A stretch of DNA of 60,185 bases, the filler included, from an uncultured bacterium (GTDB taxonomy: Bacteria > Auribacterota > CAZIXI01), in the NCBI GenBank assembly GCA_964543115.1. It is 5 parts of 5 records of this genome, joined end to end, with 100 filler letters (N's around TTAATTAATTAA, not from the genome) between each part and the next. Parts side by side here need not be neighbours in the genome. Positions count along the whole stretch, not along the records: positions 24,455 to 36,378 come from CAZIXI010000091.1; positions 36,479 to 48,290 come from CAZIXI010000092.1; 3 more parts are not named here. One strand, 5' to 3'. The position numbers and the translations under genes are program-made. Every line of letters begins with the position of its first letter. Position 1 is the stretch's first letter. The notes under the pieces were generated by a model. That model did no database searches. It saw only the letters and a list, made by a program, of their open reading frames with translations, and was not told the origin of the DNA. Positions 28,538 through 38,729 of the stretch are shown here, in pieces.

Positions 28538-29481
28538 ATGAGAGCGATTACTGTTAATTATTTCTATAACAGTCTTAAGGATAAACTTAAACTGCGGCAG
28601 ATAGCCGGGCAGGCAGGGCTTTCCCGTAGGATTACAGTTGCCGAGATTAATAGGCCGGGGCTGGCTCTGGCGGGGTATTTCAAGTATTTCGCGCGTAAAA
28701 GGGTGCAGGTTATCGGCAAGGTGGAGATCACTTATCTTAATACCTTGACCAAAAAAAAGCGGCAACAACAATTACGGCAGCTCTTATCACATGATGTTCC
28801 TTGCTGTATAGTTGCCCGCAATTATCTGCCGCCGCCAGAATTGATAGCTGAGGCGGATAAACGTTCAGTGCCTATTTTCCGTTCACCGCTGATAACGATG
28901 GTTCTTTTAAATAAGGCAACGATTTTTTTGGAAGAGAGTTTTGCTCCCACCACTTCCCTTACCGGTGATTTTCTGGAGGTCTTTGGAGTCGGTGTTCTTT
29001 TGCGCGGGGATAGTGGAGTGGGGAAAAGTGAATGCGCTCTTAGTTTAATTAACCGGGGGCACCGGCTGATTGCCGNNNNNNNNNNGTTAAGATAAAATTA
29101 AGGGGCGGTGATACGCCTGTCGGCACGGGCAGTACGCTGACCAGGCATCATATGGAACTACGGGGAATCGGTATTGTCAATGTACAGACCCTGTTTGGTG
29201 CTGCTTGTATCCGGGAGGACAAACGTATCGATTTGGTTGTCGATATGGAAGATTGGCAGGCCGATAAGGAATATGAACGCTTAGGTTTAGATGAGCGTAC
29301 GCATAATATATTAGGGGCAAAAGTTCCTCATGTGATACTGCCGGTGCGGCCGGGCAGGGATATTGCCTTGTTGGTGGAGGTTTCCTGTCTTAATTTAAGA
29401 TTGAGGTGGCTGGGATACCATTCTGCCGGGGATCTTAATCAGCGGTTGATTAAGGCAATGAAGGATGAAAAAAGACATTAA
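28538..29481 (+). CDS. hprK: HPr(Ser) kinase/phosphorylase; one gene interrupted only by a 10-N run (29076-29085)
   Basis: INRPGLALAGY, GDSGVGKSECAL, HRLIA[N-run]VKIK...HHMELRGIGI, PVRPGRDIA. Confidence 0.93.
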
Positions 29482-29764
29482 AATACAATCGCCCAAAGTT
29501 GTTAAAAAAGAAGTTGAGATAATAAATGAACTGGGTTTGCATGCCCGGCCGGCGGCAATGTTTGTTAAATTGGCAAATGAATTTAGTGCCGATATTATGG
29601 TAGAGAAGGGTTCAGAGCAGGTAAATGGCAAAAGTATCATGGGTATAATGATGCTGGCTGCGGGAAAAGGTTCTAAGATAACCCTTATTGCTCAAGGGGC
29701 AGATGCTCAACAGGCAGTAGAAGAGATTGAAAAGTTGGTGAAGAGTAAGTTTGGAGAAGAGTAG
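29465..29764 (+). CDS. ptsH: Phosphocarrier protein HPr
   Basis: GLHARPAA (His15 motif) and NGKSIMGIM (Ser46 motif). Confidence 0.95.
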   Translation: MKKDIKIQSPKVVKKEVEIINELGLHARPAAMFVKLANEFSADIMVEKGSEQVNGKSIMGIMMLAAGKGSKITLIAQGADAQQAVEEIEKLVKSKFGEE

Positions 29765-29816
29765 TTCTGCTAATGAGATAAAGAAGAGTAACTATATTGT
29801 TTAATTATATACAGAA

Positions 29817-31589
29817 GTGAGGCATTTAGTGACAGAACGCAGATACAAAGGAATACCGGCATCACCGGGTGTAGTTTTTGGTAAGGTTTATCTCTTTGAT
29901 AGTGGAGAAGAGCGGGTAGTGGCCCGGACTATCAAGCATGATGATATTCCGAAGGAGATAGCCAAACTGGAGACTGCCCTGATGGATACCCGGCGGGAAA
30001 TTCTTGATTTACAGAAGCGGATTGCCCAGGGAATGGATCGGGAGCACGCGGAGATCTTTAATGCCCATCTGTTGGTGGTTGAAGACCGTTCTTTGATTGA
30101 AGAGGTAATAAAGAAGCTGGAAACGGACAGGAAAAATGTCGCCTATATATTTCAGGAAATAGCCAAAAAGTATGTGAAGGTTTTTTCCCGAATGGAGGAC
30201 GAGTATCTGCGGGAACGGGCCAGCGATATCCGGGATGTCGCGCGGCGGGTAGTTCGTAATCTGCTGGGAAAGAAACGGAAGGATCTGGCGCATTTAAAGG
30301 AAGAAGTGGTTGTGATTGCCTATGATCTCAGTCCTTCTGATACGGCGCTCATGCATCGGGAGAAGGTGATTGGTTTTGCCACTGATATTGGCGGCCGTAC
30401 CTCGCATACGGCGATTATGGCGAGGAGCCTGGAAATTCCCGCTGTTGTCGGGCTGGGTGATGTCAGTGAAAAGATTACTTCCGACAGCACGGTAATTATT
30501 GATGGAAACGCCGGGATGGTAATTGTTAATCCTACTGTTGAAACCGCGCAAAGATATCGTAAACAGATAAATAAAATTGAATTATTAGAGGAAAAACTTA
30601 CCGGTCTGCGGAAGTTACCGGCTGAAACCAAGGATGGGCATCGGATTATTTTGGCTGCTAATATTGAATTGTCTGAAGACCTGCCTTCCGTGATTGAGCA
30701 TGGAGCAGACGGGATCGGCCTTTACCGGACAGAATTTATCTATCTTAATAGGGCGGATTTGCCTACGGAAGACGAGAGTTTCGAGGCCTTCAAACTGGTG
30801 GCCAAAAAAGCCAGTCCTAATCCGGTAATTATCCGGACGATGGATCTGGGCGGGGACAAGTTTTTAAGCCATCTGGCCTTTCCCAGAGTGATGAATCCTT
30901 ATCTCGGCTGGCGGGCGATACGGTTTTCTTTGGCCCGGCTGGATATTTTTAAGGCCCAGCTCCGGGCGATTTTACGAGCCAGTGCCTTTGGTAAATTGCG
31001 CATAATGTATCCGATGATTTCCGGCTTAAATGAGTTAAAGAAAGCCAATGAGGTGCTGGCCAAGGTAAAGGCGGAATTAACCAGAGAAGGCAAAAAGTAT
31101 GACCGGGATATTGAAGTCGGAGCCATGATCGAGGTTCCTTCCGCGGCCCTGACAGCGGATCAGCTGGCGCGGGAGGTTGATTTTTTTAGTATTGGCACAA
31201 ATGATCTGATTCAGTACGCATTGGCTATTGATCGAGTAAACGAAAAAGTGGCTTATTTATATGAACCGACACATCCGGCAATTGTCCGTTTACTGCGGCA
31301 GGTTATTGATGCCGGGCATCAGCATAAGATTTGGGTAGGGCTTTGCGGTGAAATGGCGGGAGATCCGGTTACGGCACTTTTGGCAGTTGGTTTAGGGATA
31401 GATGAGTTGAGTACCAGTCCGGTGATTATTCCTGAGATCAAAAAAGCGATTCGGTCGGTAACCATGAAACAGCTGCGGGAAATAGTTGACGAAATATCCA
31501 CCTACCGGGACGGTAAGCAGATTTACCGGCGGATGCGCCGGTTAATTCGGAAAAGCGCTCCGGAATTGCTGTTAACGGGAGCCGGGTAA
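29817..31589 (+). CDS. ptsI: PTS enzyme I
   Basis: GGRTSHTAIMARS, GIGLYRTEF, RTMDLGGDK, NPYLGWRAIR, FFSIGTNDLIQY, CGEMAGD. Confidence 0.96.
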   Translation: MRHLVTERRYKGIPASPGVVFGKVYLFDSGEERVVARTIKHDDIPKEIAKLETALMDTRREILDLQKRIAQGMDREHAEIFNAHLLVVEDRSLIEEVIKKLETDRKNVAYIFQEIAKKYVKVFSRMEDEYLRERASDIRDVARRVVRNLLGKKRKDLAHLKEEVVVIAYDLSPSDTALMHREKVIGFATDIGGRTSHTAIMARSLEIPAVVGLGDVSEKITSDSTVIIDGNAGMVIVNPTVETAQRYRKQINKIELLEEKLTGLRKLPAETKDGHRIILAANIELSEDLPSVIEHGADGIGLYRTEFIYLNRADLPTEDESFEAFKLVAKKASPNPVIIRTMDLGGDKFLSHLAFPRVMNPYLGWRAIRFSLARLDIFKAQLRAILRASAFGKLRIMYPMISGLNELKKANEVLAKVKAELTREGKKYDRDIEVGAMIEVPSAALTADQLAREVDFFSIGTNDLIQYALAIDRVNEKVAYLYEPTHPAIVRLLRQVIDAGHQHKIWVGLCGEMAGDPVTALLAVGLGIDELSTSPVIIPEIKKAIRSVTMKQLREIVDEISTYRDGKQIYRRMRRLIRKSAPELLLTGAG

Positions 31590-31592
31590 AAA

Positions 31593-32321
31593 ATGAAGGC
31601 AATTATTTTAGCGGCCGGGTATGCGACCCGGTTATATCCATTAACCTTGAATAAGGCTAAGCCGCTTTTACCGGTAGGCGGGCGGCCGATTATTGATTAC
31701 ATTGCCGGCGGTCTGGCCGGGATTCCGGAAATTGACACAATTTATGTGGTTACCAATAAGAAATTCTCTCAGGATTTTCAGGCCTGGCAGAAAAAAGCTG
31801 ATCTTGGAAAAAAAATAGAAATAATTAATGACCGGACAACAAGCGATGACGATAAATTAGGCGCTATTGGAGATATTAACCTTGTGCTCGTTGAGAAGCA
31901 GATTAAGGATGATCTGATTATTGTTGCCGGAGATAATTTATTTTCCTTCCCCTTAGTCGATTTTGCGGAGTTTTTTAAGGGCAAAGGGCTTTCTATTGCC
32001 GCTTATCGTTTTCCCAAGCGGGAGGAACTGCATAGTTACGGGATTGTGGAACTGGACCAGCAGCAGCGGGTTATTTCCTTTACGGAAAAACCGGCACAGC
32101 CGCGGAGTGATTTAGTCGCGGTTTGTCTGTATGGTTTCCCCCGGGAGAAGCTGGGTTTAATAAAAGAGTATGTTAGTCAGGAAGAGAATCAGGATGCCCC
32201 GGGATATTATTTACAGTGGCTGGTGCAGCGGGAAAAAGTTGGGGCATTTGTTTTTACCGCTCCCTGGCATGATATTGGTACCCCGGAGGCCTATGAACGG
32301 GCCCAGCGGGAGTTTAAGTAA
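31593..32321 (+). CDS. Nucleotidyltransferase (sugar-1-phosphate NTP-transferase family)
   Basis: ILAAGYATRLYPLT..AKPLLPVG, AGDNL, WHDIGTPEAY. Confidence 0.85.
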   Translation: MKAIILAAGYATRLYPLTLNKAKPLLPVGGRPIIDYIAGGLAGIPEIDTIYVVTNKKFSQDFQAWQKKADLGKKIEIINDRTTSDDDKLGAIGDINLVLVEKQIKDDLIIVAGDNLFSFPLVDFAEFFKGKGLSIAAYRFPKREELHSYGIVELDQQQRVISFTEKPAQPRSDLVAVCLYGFPREKLGLIKEYVSQEENQDAPGYYLQWLVQREKVGAFVFTAPWHDIGTPEAYERAQREFK

Positions 32322-32390
32322 TTTCGGATTGCGGATTGCGGATTGCGGAATAAGGAATTCCAAATCGTAAAATCTAAAATTTGAAATCGA
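32322..32390. repeat. Inverted pair of heptamer arrays filling the intergenic space before metK
   Basis: (cggattg)x3 plus cggaata on the left; aaatcgt-a-aaatcta-aaatttg-aaatcga on the right. Confidence 0.8.
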
Positions 32391-32405
32391 AAAAGGAGGA
32401 GAAGT

Positions 32406-33593
32406 ATGGGAAGAAAGCATTTTTTTACGAGTGAATCAGTAGCAATGGGGCATCCGGACAAGGTTGCCGATCAGATTTCTGATGCCGTGCTTGATTCAAT
32501 TTTACGGAACGATCCACTGGGCCGGGTAGCCTGTGAGACGATGGTCACTACCGGTCTGGTGATTGTTGCCGGTGAAATTACCACTTCCTGCTATGTGGAC
32601 ATTCCGGCCATTGCCCGCCAGACCATCAAGGAAATCGGGTATACCGATCCGAATATCGGATTCCATTGGGAGACTTGTGCTATTGTTACCAGTATCGATA
32701 AACAATCAGCAGATATTTCCGTTGGCGTAACGGAAGGCCAGGGCCTGCATCAAGAACCGGGTGCCGGCGATCAGGGGATAATGTTTGGTTACGCCTGTAA
32801 TGAAACCCCGGAATGTATGCCGTTGCCGATTATGTTAGCCCACCAGTTATGTGAACGCTTAGCGGAAGTAAGGGAGAAGGGAATTCTGCCTTATTTACGT
32901 CCGGACGGTAAAAGTCAGGTTACCGTAGAATACGATGATGATGACAATCCTGTACGTGTTCATACGGTAGTTGTTTCTTCTCAGCATACGGCTGACGTTG
33001 AATACGCAAAATTAAAGCAGGATATAATCGAGCAAGTCGTTAAAAAAGTAATTCCCGCCGATATGTTGGATAAGGACACTATCTATCATATAAATCCTAC
33101 GGGTAGGTTCGTGATTGGCGGACCGGCGTGTGATTGCGGGATGACGGGACGCAAGATTATTGTTGATACCTACGGCGGTAAAGGCAGTCATGGCGGCGGG
33201 GCTTTTTCCGGAAAAGATCCGACAAAAGTAGACCGCAGTGCCGGATATATGACCCGTCACGTAGCCAAGAATATCGTTGCTGCCGGATTAGCGGACAGGG
33301 TAGAGGTGCGGATATCCTATGCTATCGGCGTGGCGGAACCGCTGGCGGTTGATATAGATACCGAAGGCACGGCCAAGATTCCTGAAAATAAGATCGTGGA
33401 ATTGGTGAAAAAACATTTCCCCTTGACACCCCGCGGGATTATTGAGTATCTTGATCTGCGGAGGCCGATCTATAAGGATTCAGCCAGACACGGGCATTTC
33501 GGCCGGAATATTTTCCCTTGGGAGAAGACAGATAAGGCAGAAATCCTGCGCAAGGAAGCGGGTCTGCCGACGAATAGCAAGGTTTCTGTTTAA
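32406..33593 (+). CDS. metK: S-adenosylmethionine synthetase
   Basis: [40 protein letters not shown]. Confidence 0.98.
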   Translation: MGRKHFFTSESVAMGHPDKVADQISDAVLDSILRNDPLGRVACETMVTTGLVIVAGEITTSCYVDIPAIARQTIKEIGYTDPNIGFHWETCAIVTSIDKQSADISVGVTEGQGLHQEPGAGDQGIMFGYACNETPECMPLPIMLAHQLCERLAEVREKGILPYLRPDGKSQVTVEYDDDDNPVRVHTVVVSSQHTADVEYAKLKQDIIEQVVKKVIPADMLDKDTIYHINPTGRFVIGGPACDCGMTGRKIIVDTYGGKGSHGGGAFSGKDPTKVDRSAGYMTRHVAKNIVAAGLADRVEVRISYAIGVAEPLAVDIDTEGTAKIPENKIVELVKKHFPLTPRGIIEYLDLRRPIYKDSARHGHFGRNIFPWEKTDKAEILRKEAGLPTNSKVSV

Positions 33594-33594
33594 T

Positions 33595-33663
33595 AAACGC
33601 GGATCTGACACGGATCTACAACGCGGATCTGACGCGGATGTTATCGCGTGTATATTCGCGTAA
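33595..33663. repeat. ACGCGGAT-unit repeat filling the metK-ahcY junction
   Basis: aacgcggatctgacacggat and aacgcggatctgacgcggat direct repeats, followed by degenerate inverse units atcgcgt and ttcgcgt. Confidence 0.75.
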
Positions 33664-34947
<1,284 letters not shown>

Positions 34948-34948
34948 A

Positions 34949-35012
34949 ACAGAACACAGAACATATAACATATAAACATCCTTTTTCTTCTTAGAAGAAA
35001 AAGGATGTTTAT
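34949..35012. terminator. Four heptamers abutting a perfect 19-bp hairpin after ahcY (possible terminator)
   Basis: acagaac acagaac atataac atataaa; stem ataaacatcctttttcttc (34972-34990), loop tta, gaagaaaaaggatgtttat (34994-35012). Confidence 0.5.
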
Positions 35013-35033
35013 TAATGAAGGTTTTCTGCTTGG

Positions 35034-35891
35034 ATGAAGTCTTACCTTAAGATCATCTTAATTCTCCTTTTTTCTGTCGCGGTCACTATTTTAGTTTCAC
35101 CTCTGGTAGCTGGTATTCTCCCCTTTTCTCTTTATCGCGTGATGAGCAGAATTCTGCTTGTTACCTCCTTTGTCTCGTTTTATTGTTTCCGTGGCCGCCT
35201 GGGTTTTTCCGGTTGGCGGTCAATGGGCTTGGGCGGTGACCGGCGCTGGTGGGGATGGCTGGGCGGTGGATTTTTGCTGGCCGTATCTTCCGGTGGATTA
35301 ATAGCGGTGCTAATGGTGGCTAACTCGATTCGTTTTGTTGTTCCTGCGACGAGTGTTTTAGCCTGGTCATTAGATATCAGTAAGTATATATTGGCCGGGT
35401 TTATTGTAGCCGTAATTGAGGAATGTTTTTTCCGCGGTTTTATTTTTCAGAGCCTGCTGCGGGATTCATCCGTTGCTCTTTCTCTTTTACTCACAAATGT
35501 TTTTTATTCAGGAGTGCATTTCCTTAAGCCGCATAGTTTACCGGCGGTAGAGGTTTTAAATCTGGCCAGCAGCATTAAAGGCCTGCCGCTTTTTTTTCAG
35601 CCGTTATGGCAAAACTGGATGGAGCTCTGGCCGGCTTTTACCGGTCTTTTTCTCGTCGGTATGGTGTTGTCACTTGCCTATCTGCGCACGCGTTCTCTGG
35701 CCTTGTCTATTGGGCTCCATGCCGGCTGGATTGTGGCTATCAAAACTACCAGTTTGACTACTGATGTGGCCAGGCTGGGGTCATTGTGGGTCAATGGTGA
35801 AGTAATTGGTCATCCGCTTACCTGGGGCGTACTGATTTTATTTATTGTTGTCCTCGGTTGGAGAAAAAACCCGGAAGCTAAGTTAACATGA
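35034..35891 (+). CDS. CPBP (Abi/CAAX type II) intramembrane metalloprotease
   Basis: Multiple TM helices; IEECFFRG, YSGVH, IGLHAGW. Confidence 0.85.
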   Translation: MKSYLKIILILLFSVAVTILVSPLVAGILPFSLYRVMSRILLVTSFVSFYCFRGRLGFSGWRSMGLGGDRRWWGWLGGGFLLAVSSGGLIAVLMVANSIRFVVPATSVLAWSLDISKYILAGFIVAVIEECFFRGFIFQSLLRDSSVALSLLLTNVFYSGVHFLKPHSLPAVEVLNLASSIKGLPLFFQPLWQNWMELWPAFTGLFLVGMVLSLAYLRTRSLALSIGLHAGWIVAIKTTSLTTDVARLGSLWVNGEVIGHPLTWGVLILFIVVLGWRKNPEAKLT

Positions 35892-36378
35892 AATCCGTAG
35901 AGGTAACATTATCCCGCTTTAAGGAAGAATTATTAGATCTTCTCTATCCAAAAAGTTGTTTTAATTGTAAAAAATCCCTGCCGCCTCATTGGTCGCGGTA
36001 TCTTTGTCCCGATTGTACGAGCAAAATAATATTTAATTCTGCTCCGCTTTGCCGTTTTTGCGGACTGCGTCTTGCCGGGCCGGAGACTGCTGAATGTTCT
36101 TTTTGCTCCGCGCAGGTATTTTCTTTCCAGCGGGGGTATACGGCTGTTTTGTATGAAGGGTTGATCAAAGAATGTATTCACAGCTTTAAATATAGCGAGC
36201 ACACATATTTAGGCAATACATTAGCGCAATTAATGGTGGATTTTGCCCGGCAGTTCATTGATTGCAGGCAGCTTGATTTAATTGTTCCTGTGCCCCTTCA
36301 CTGGCGTAAATTGCGCGATCGGGGGTTTAATCAGGCCGGTATACTGGCACGTGCCTTAGGGCGGCAGCTGCAATTGCC
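35888..36378 (+). CDS. comF: ComF-family protein (3'-truncated)
   Basis: LYPKSCFNC, double zinc ribbon, IHSFKY, VPVPLHWRKLRDRGFNQA. Confidence 0.9.
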
Positions 36379-36478
36379 NNNNNNNNNNNNNNNNNNNNNN
36401 NNNNNNNNNNNNNNNNNNNNNNTTAATTAATTAANNNNNNNNNNNNNNNNNNNNNNNNNNNNNNNNNNNNNNNNNNNN
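36379..36478. other. Assembly gap placeholder
   Basis: N44-TTAATTAATTAA-N44. Confidence 0.98.
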
Positions 36479-36602
36479 GAGGCGATTGTGGGTAACTTCA
36501 TACTAAAAGTGTCCATAATAGTTTACGCTATCTATCCCAAATTTTGCATTAGAAGTGTGTTTTATGTCGGTATATGTTGTGACAAAAAGTGCCAAATATA
36601 AA

Positions 36603-36825
36603 TTTCCCTAAGAGGGATTAACCTCAGGCGACGCAATAAATTGCGTCGCCTGCCCCTGCGGGCGGATTTTGCGTTAGCAAAATCCGGGTTTATCAAAAGG
36701 TAAAAAGTGAACTCAGCAATCGTTATTGACTGCAAAAAGCCCGCCCCGTTGGGGCTAAATCTAGCATCTAGCAGAAGTAGGGGCCAACGGGACAGTCCTG
36801 AAGGGCAGTCCCGTTGGGGCTAAAT
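36603..36825. repeat. Cluster of REP-like palindromes
   Basis: caggcgacgcaat-aa-attgcgtcgcctg (36625-36652); cggattttgc-gtta-gcaaaatccg (36663-36686); GTAG followed by ccaacgggac...gtcccgttgg (36777-36817); 16-nt direct repeat cccgttggggctaaat at 36745 and 36810. Confidence 0.75.
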
Positions 36826-37117
36826 TGTTTTCTCTTAAGTTTTGCTGTAACATATTTGTGAATAATGACATATGTGTGATAGGGGATAAAGAAGGATAAG
36901 CTTATAAAGCCAATTAGCTAATATATTATAGCTATTTGACTTTTTTATTATCTGGAATAAATAGCCAATTACATTATTTTTGTTGTATAATTGGCTTTAA
37001 GAGAAAAAGGGTCACACAGTGAGATACCCCGAGTTACTTATTTATGCCCGGAAAGACCTGCCTGCGGGCAGGGAAGTAAATTTATTGTTGTTTGATCAAG
37101 AAAACAGGAGGAAGCAA

Positions 37118-37513
37118 ATGTCCGCTAAAAAGAAGCTGCTTGTAATAGATGATGAACTAGATTTATTGGAAGTAATAAAATTTAGATTGGAGAGCGACGG
37201 ATACGAAGTGTTCGCCGCCAGTGACGGGATGACAGGCATAAAAAGGGCAGAAGAAAATATGCCGGATCTAATTGTATTGGATATCATGATGCCGGGACTC
37301 AACGGATTTGAAGTGCTTAGAAAGCTGAGGGACAAAGACTCTCCGGTAAAGGATGTTCCAGTGGTTATGCTTTCATGTTCTACAGAAGAGCAACGGGCTG
37401 AAAAGATATCCCGGGATTTAGGTGCAGAAGCATACATAATTAAGCCTTACAGGCACGAAGAGATGATGTATATAATAGAGAGGTTGATTGCAGATAAAAA
37501 GAAGAAGGCATGA
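37118..37513 (+). CDS. Single-domain response regulator (receiver only)
   Basis: CAGGAGG then ATG at 37118; VIDDE, VLDIMMPGLNG, AYIIKP; no output domain. Confidence 0.9.
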   Translation: MSAKKKLLVIDDELDLLEVIKFRLESDGYEVFAASDGMTGIKRAEENMPDLIVLDIMMPGLNGFEVLRKLRDKDSPVKDVPVVMLSCSTEEQRAEKISRDLGAEAYIIKPYRHEEMMYIIERLIADKKKKA

Positions 37514-37586
37514 TTTTTTTGCTCTTTAACTTGTCAATCAAGCAATCAAGCAAGGTGCCCCCATTATCTGTAATAAAGGAGATTAT

Positions 37587-38714
37587 GTGAGCAGGATATT
37601 GTTAGTTTGTGGATTAGCAGTAATTATAAGTTTCGTGTTTGTTAGTCCGGCAAAATGCGCTGAAGATAGTTTTCAGGTTGAGAGTTATTATGGAGATTAT
37701 GACGCAACGCGAAAAAAATTAGGTTTTCCTTCAGAAAGTCTCGCTGGTCCCAAGCTTGAGGAATGGTCCCCGCCGGGAAAAGCCCCAAAAAAGTATAAAA
37801 TTGGTGTTCTCTTCCCACATCTAAAAGACCCTTATTGGCTTGCAGTCAATTTTGGTATTATTTCAGAGGCAAAGAAGCTGGGAGTGGGGATAAAACTTCT
37901 TTCTGCCGGTGGCTATGGAGAACTCAAGGTGCAAAAGGAGCAATTCGAGCAATTAATTGAAGAAAAAGTGGATGGTATCATTCTGGCTTCTATTGATTAT
38001 ACGGCAATGGATTCTTTTGTTGAAGAAGCCGTTAATAAGGGGATACCCGTAATTGAAGTAATTAATGATATTTATGCGCCTAAGATACAGGCCAAGGCCC
38101 TAGTTTCATTTTATGAAATGGGTTATCGTGCCGGGGAATTTGTTGTAGAAGCTTCTCGCGATAAAAAACGAATTACTGTGGCTTTTTTCCCCGGCCCGAT
38201 CGGTTCTGGCTGGGCTCCTGATACATTAAAAGGTTTCTTTGAGGTTCAGAGAAAGAATCCTGGAAAGATTAAATTACTTCCGCCAAAATGGGGAGATACA
38301 GGGTATAAAGCTCAACGTCCGTTAGTTGAAGAAATGCTGCAAGAACATCCAGATATAGACTTTATCGTAGCTAATGCCGTTGCGGCAGAGGTGGCGGTAG
38401 ATATCTTAAAAGAAATGGGTTTGAATGATAATGTTAAAATAGTTGCAACTTATATAATCCCTACGATTTATGATGAAATCAAAGGAGGGTTAATCAAGGC
38501 TGCTCCTTCAGATGTGACGGTAGCGCAAGGAGAAATGTCGGTAGATATGATGGTGCGGCTGCTTAACGGCGAGAAGGCCGGTAGAGATTTTCCGTTTCGT
38601 GCCGGACCTCTTATTCCGATTGTTACAGAAGCTAATATTGAAAAATATAGTTATGAAAGTTTTTTTGGCAAGCCGGGCTTTAAGCCGGTTTTTGATTTGG
38701 AGCCGCAAGAGTAA
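37587..38714 (+). CDS. torT: TorT-like periplasmic binding protein
   Basis: LFPHLKDPYWLAVNFG, SAGGYGEL, PVIEVINDI, FYEMGY, FPGP and SDVTVAQGE match E. coli TorT as I recall it. Confidence 0.8.
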   Translation: MSRILLVCGLAVIISFVFVSPAKCAEDSFQVESYYGDYDATRKKLGFPSESLAGPKLEEWSPPGKAPKKYKIGVLFPHLKDPYWLAVNFGIISEAKKLGVGIKLLSAGGYGELKVQKEQFEQLIEEKVDGIILASIDYTAMDSFVEEAVNKGIPVIEVINDIYAPKIQAKALVSFYEMGYRAGEFVVEASRDKKRITVAFFPGPIGSGWAPDTLKGFFEVQRKNPGKIKLLPPKWGDTGYKAQRPLVEEMLQEHPDIDFIVANAVAAEVAVDILKEMGLNDNVKIVATYIIPTIYDEIKGGLIKAAPSDVTVAQGEMSVDMMVRLLNGEKAGRDFPFRAGPLIPIVTEANIEKYSYESFFGKPGFKPVFDLEPQE

Positions 38715-38729
38715 AAGAGTGATAAAGCT

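Noticed and set aside
29076..29151. hprK apparently split or frameshifted
   Set aside because: The break coincides with a 10-N run, and both sides read as contiguous HprK sequence.
33595..33645. Mini CRISPR array
   Set aside because: There are only two ~23-nt units, nearly adjacent with no spacer-length unique sequence, and no cas genes.
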